DNA of 35,751 nucleotides from Erysipelotrichaceae bacterium UBA6182 (GTDB lineage Bacteria; Bacillota_I; Bacilli_A; Erysipelotrichales; Erysipelotrichaceae): NCBI GenBank assembly GCA_002422065.1, contig DITO01000109.1, positions 1 to 35,751 of the forward strand, read 5' to 3'. Shown piece by piece: positions 35,083 to 35,751 of this stretch (position 1 is its first letter; each line of letters starts with the position of its first letter). The notes under the pieces were generated by a model. It saw only the letters and a program-made list of their open reading frames with translations, ran no database searches and was not told where the DNA came from. The position numbers and the translations under genes were made by a program.

Positions 35083-35361
35083 ATGAAAACATGGAACAAT
35101 TATAAAGACTATGTTAAGTCTTTCGATGAAACAAGCAAACAAGAAATAGAGGACCTCGAAATACTTGCAAGCATTGTTAGCGAAATAATAGCAAAACGTA
35201 ATTTACTTGGTTTAAGCCAACGTGATCTTTCAGCAATCTGTGGAATACCACAGTCATCTTTAGCAAGAATTGAAACATTTAAGATTACACCAAAAATGGA
35301 TACAATATTGAAAATAATGAGACCATTGGGATTAAAATTGACTGCAGTCTCATATAAGTAA
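35083..35361 (+). CDS. XRE-family HTH antitoxin (HigA-like)
   Basis: 92 aa with HTH LSQRDLSAICGIPQSSLARIE. It starts 4 nt after the toxin stop. Confidence 0.8.
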   Translation: MKTWNNYKDYVKSFDETSKQEIEDLEILASIVSEIIAKRNLLGLSQRDLSAICGIPQSSLARIETFKITPKMDTILKIMRPLGLKLTAVSYK

Positions 35362-35451
35362 TAAATAAGTAAATATTAAATGAGATTAGAACATACATTC
35401 GGATCATAGTAAGTCCGAAGAAAATTTGTGCAAGACTTAATTTAGGAAGAT

Positions 35452-35490
35452 AAAAAATGAACTTACTCAGTGACTGAGTAAGTTCATTTT
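35452..35490. terminator. Bidirectional terminator between the TA operon and the convergent partial ORF
   Basis: Perfect 14-bp stem ATGAACTTACTCAG-tga-CTGAGTAAGTTCAT, flanked by AAAAA on the left and TTT on the right. The T-run is stronger for the minus-strand transcript. Confidence 0.8.
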
Positions 35491-35493
35491 ATC

Positions 35494-35751
35494 TTATTGA
35501 TCCTTCTTTAAATATTCTTCCTTCTCAAATCTCATCATGATACCTGAAAATAAATGATACTGATGTTTGTAAGATAAATGATTAAGGTTTCTAGAACGAG
35601 CACGAATAGCTCTTAAATCTGTGATTAATTTCTTAACAATAGTCTTACCTTCATAAGCTAATGCTTTTGAATTTTCTTCAAAGGATTCTAGTCGATCATC
35701 TTCAAGAAGTTCATGTGTGAGCGTATTACGCTTTACAACCCAATCTTTAAT
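35494..35751 (-). CDS. Hypothetical protein, C-terminal 85 aa (5' end outside window)
   Basis: My own translation of the minus strand is open from the window edge: IKDWVVKRNTLTHELLEDDRLESFEENSKALAYEGKTIVKKLITDLRAIRARSRNLNHLSYKHQYHLFSGIMMRFEKEEYLKKDQ*. The stop is at 35494-35496. It is absent from the ORF track because no start lies in the window. A terminator follows directly. Confidence 0.45.
   Translation of the reverse strand: MKDWVVKRNTLTHELLEDDRLESFEENSKALAYEGKTIVKKLITDLRAIRARSRNLNHLSYKHQYHLFSGIMMRFEKEEYLKKDQ

Noticed and set aside
1-35751. A search for CRISPR arrays, rRNA genes, IS elements with terminal inverted repeats and long tandem repeats
   Set aside because: I saw no regularly spaced direct repeats, no rRNA-like conserved blocks and no transposase-like ORFs. 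The only repeat system found is the 19-bp pair and the short motifs reported above.

Overview
AT-rich, low-GC Bacillota-type chromosomal segment using the standard genetic code (long ORFs end in TGA, TAA or TAG; Trp is TGG). All calls come from by-eye motif recognition, synteny and signal reading. No homology search was possible. (1) 1-10.3 kb is a conserved housekeeping block: a murT/gatD-like pair, rpsF-ssb-rpsR, yybS-gdpP-rplI-dnaB, an M23/LysM/G5 peptidoglycan hydrolase, a YycJ-like MBL hydrolase, rlmH and a small convergent membrane protein. (2) 10.4-32.1 kb holds monocistronic ptsH (HPr) followed by a large alpha-glucan locus. It contains phosphoglucomutase, glgB, glgP, a type I pullulanase and a divergently transcribed neopullulanase/cyclomaltodextrinase. 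It also contains an ABC importer (MalF-like, MalG-like, DUF1189/MalA-like, lipoprotein SBP), an oligo-1,6-glucosidase, a lipoprotein alpha-amylase, a short PucR-type HTH regulator, an MsmX/MalK-type ATPase and a compact cytoplasmic GH13 whose core looks GlgE-like. No glgA or glgC is present. Three cre/LacI-type operators are visible. (3) 32.09-34.58 kb is an AT-rich 2.5-kb islet bounded by 19-bp direct repeats (18/19 identical). It carries a badly decayed tyrosine-integrase pseudogene but two intact, translationally coupled cargo genes: a 68-aa two-TM protein and a 314-aa cysteine-free secreted protein with no domain I recognise. This pair is my best candidate for an undescribed module. (4) 34.66-35.36 kb is a Gp49/HigB-like toxin plus XRE antitoxin operon with a perfect operator palindrome in its promoter, followed by a strong bidirectional terminator and a partial convergent ORF at the window edge. 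No rRNA, complete tRNA or CRISPR array was seen.
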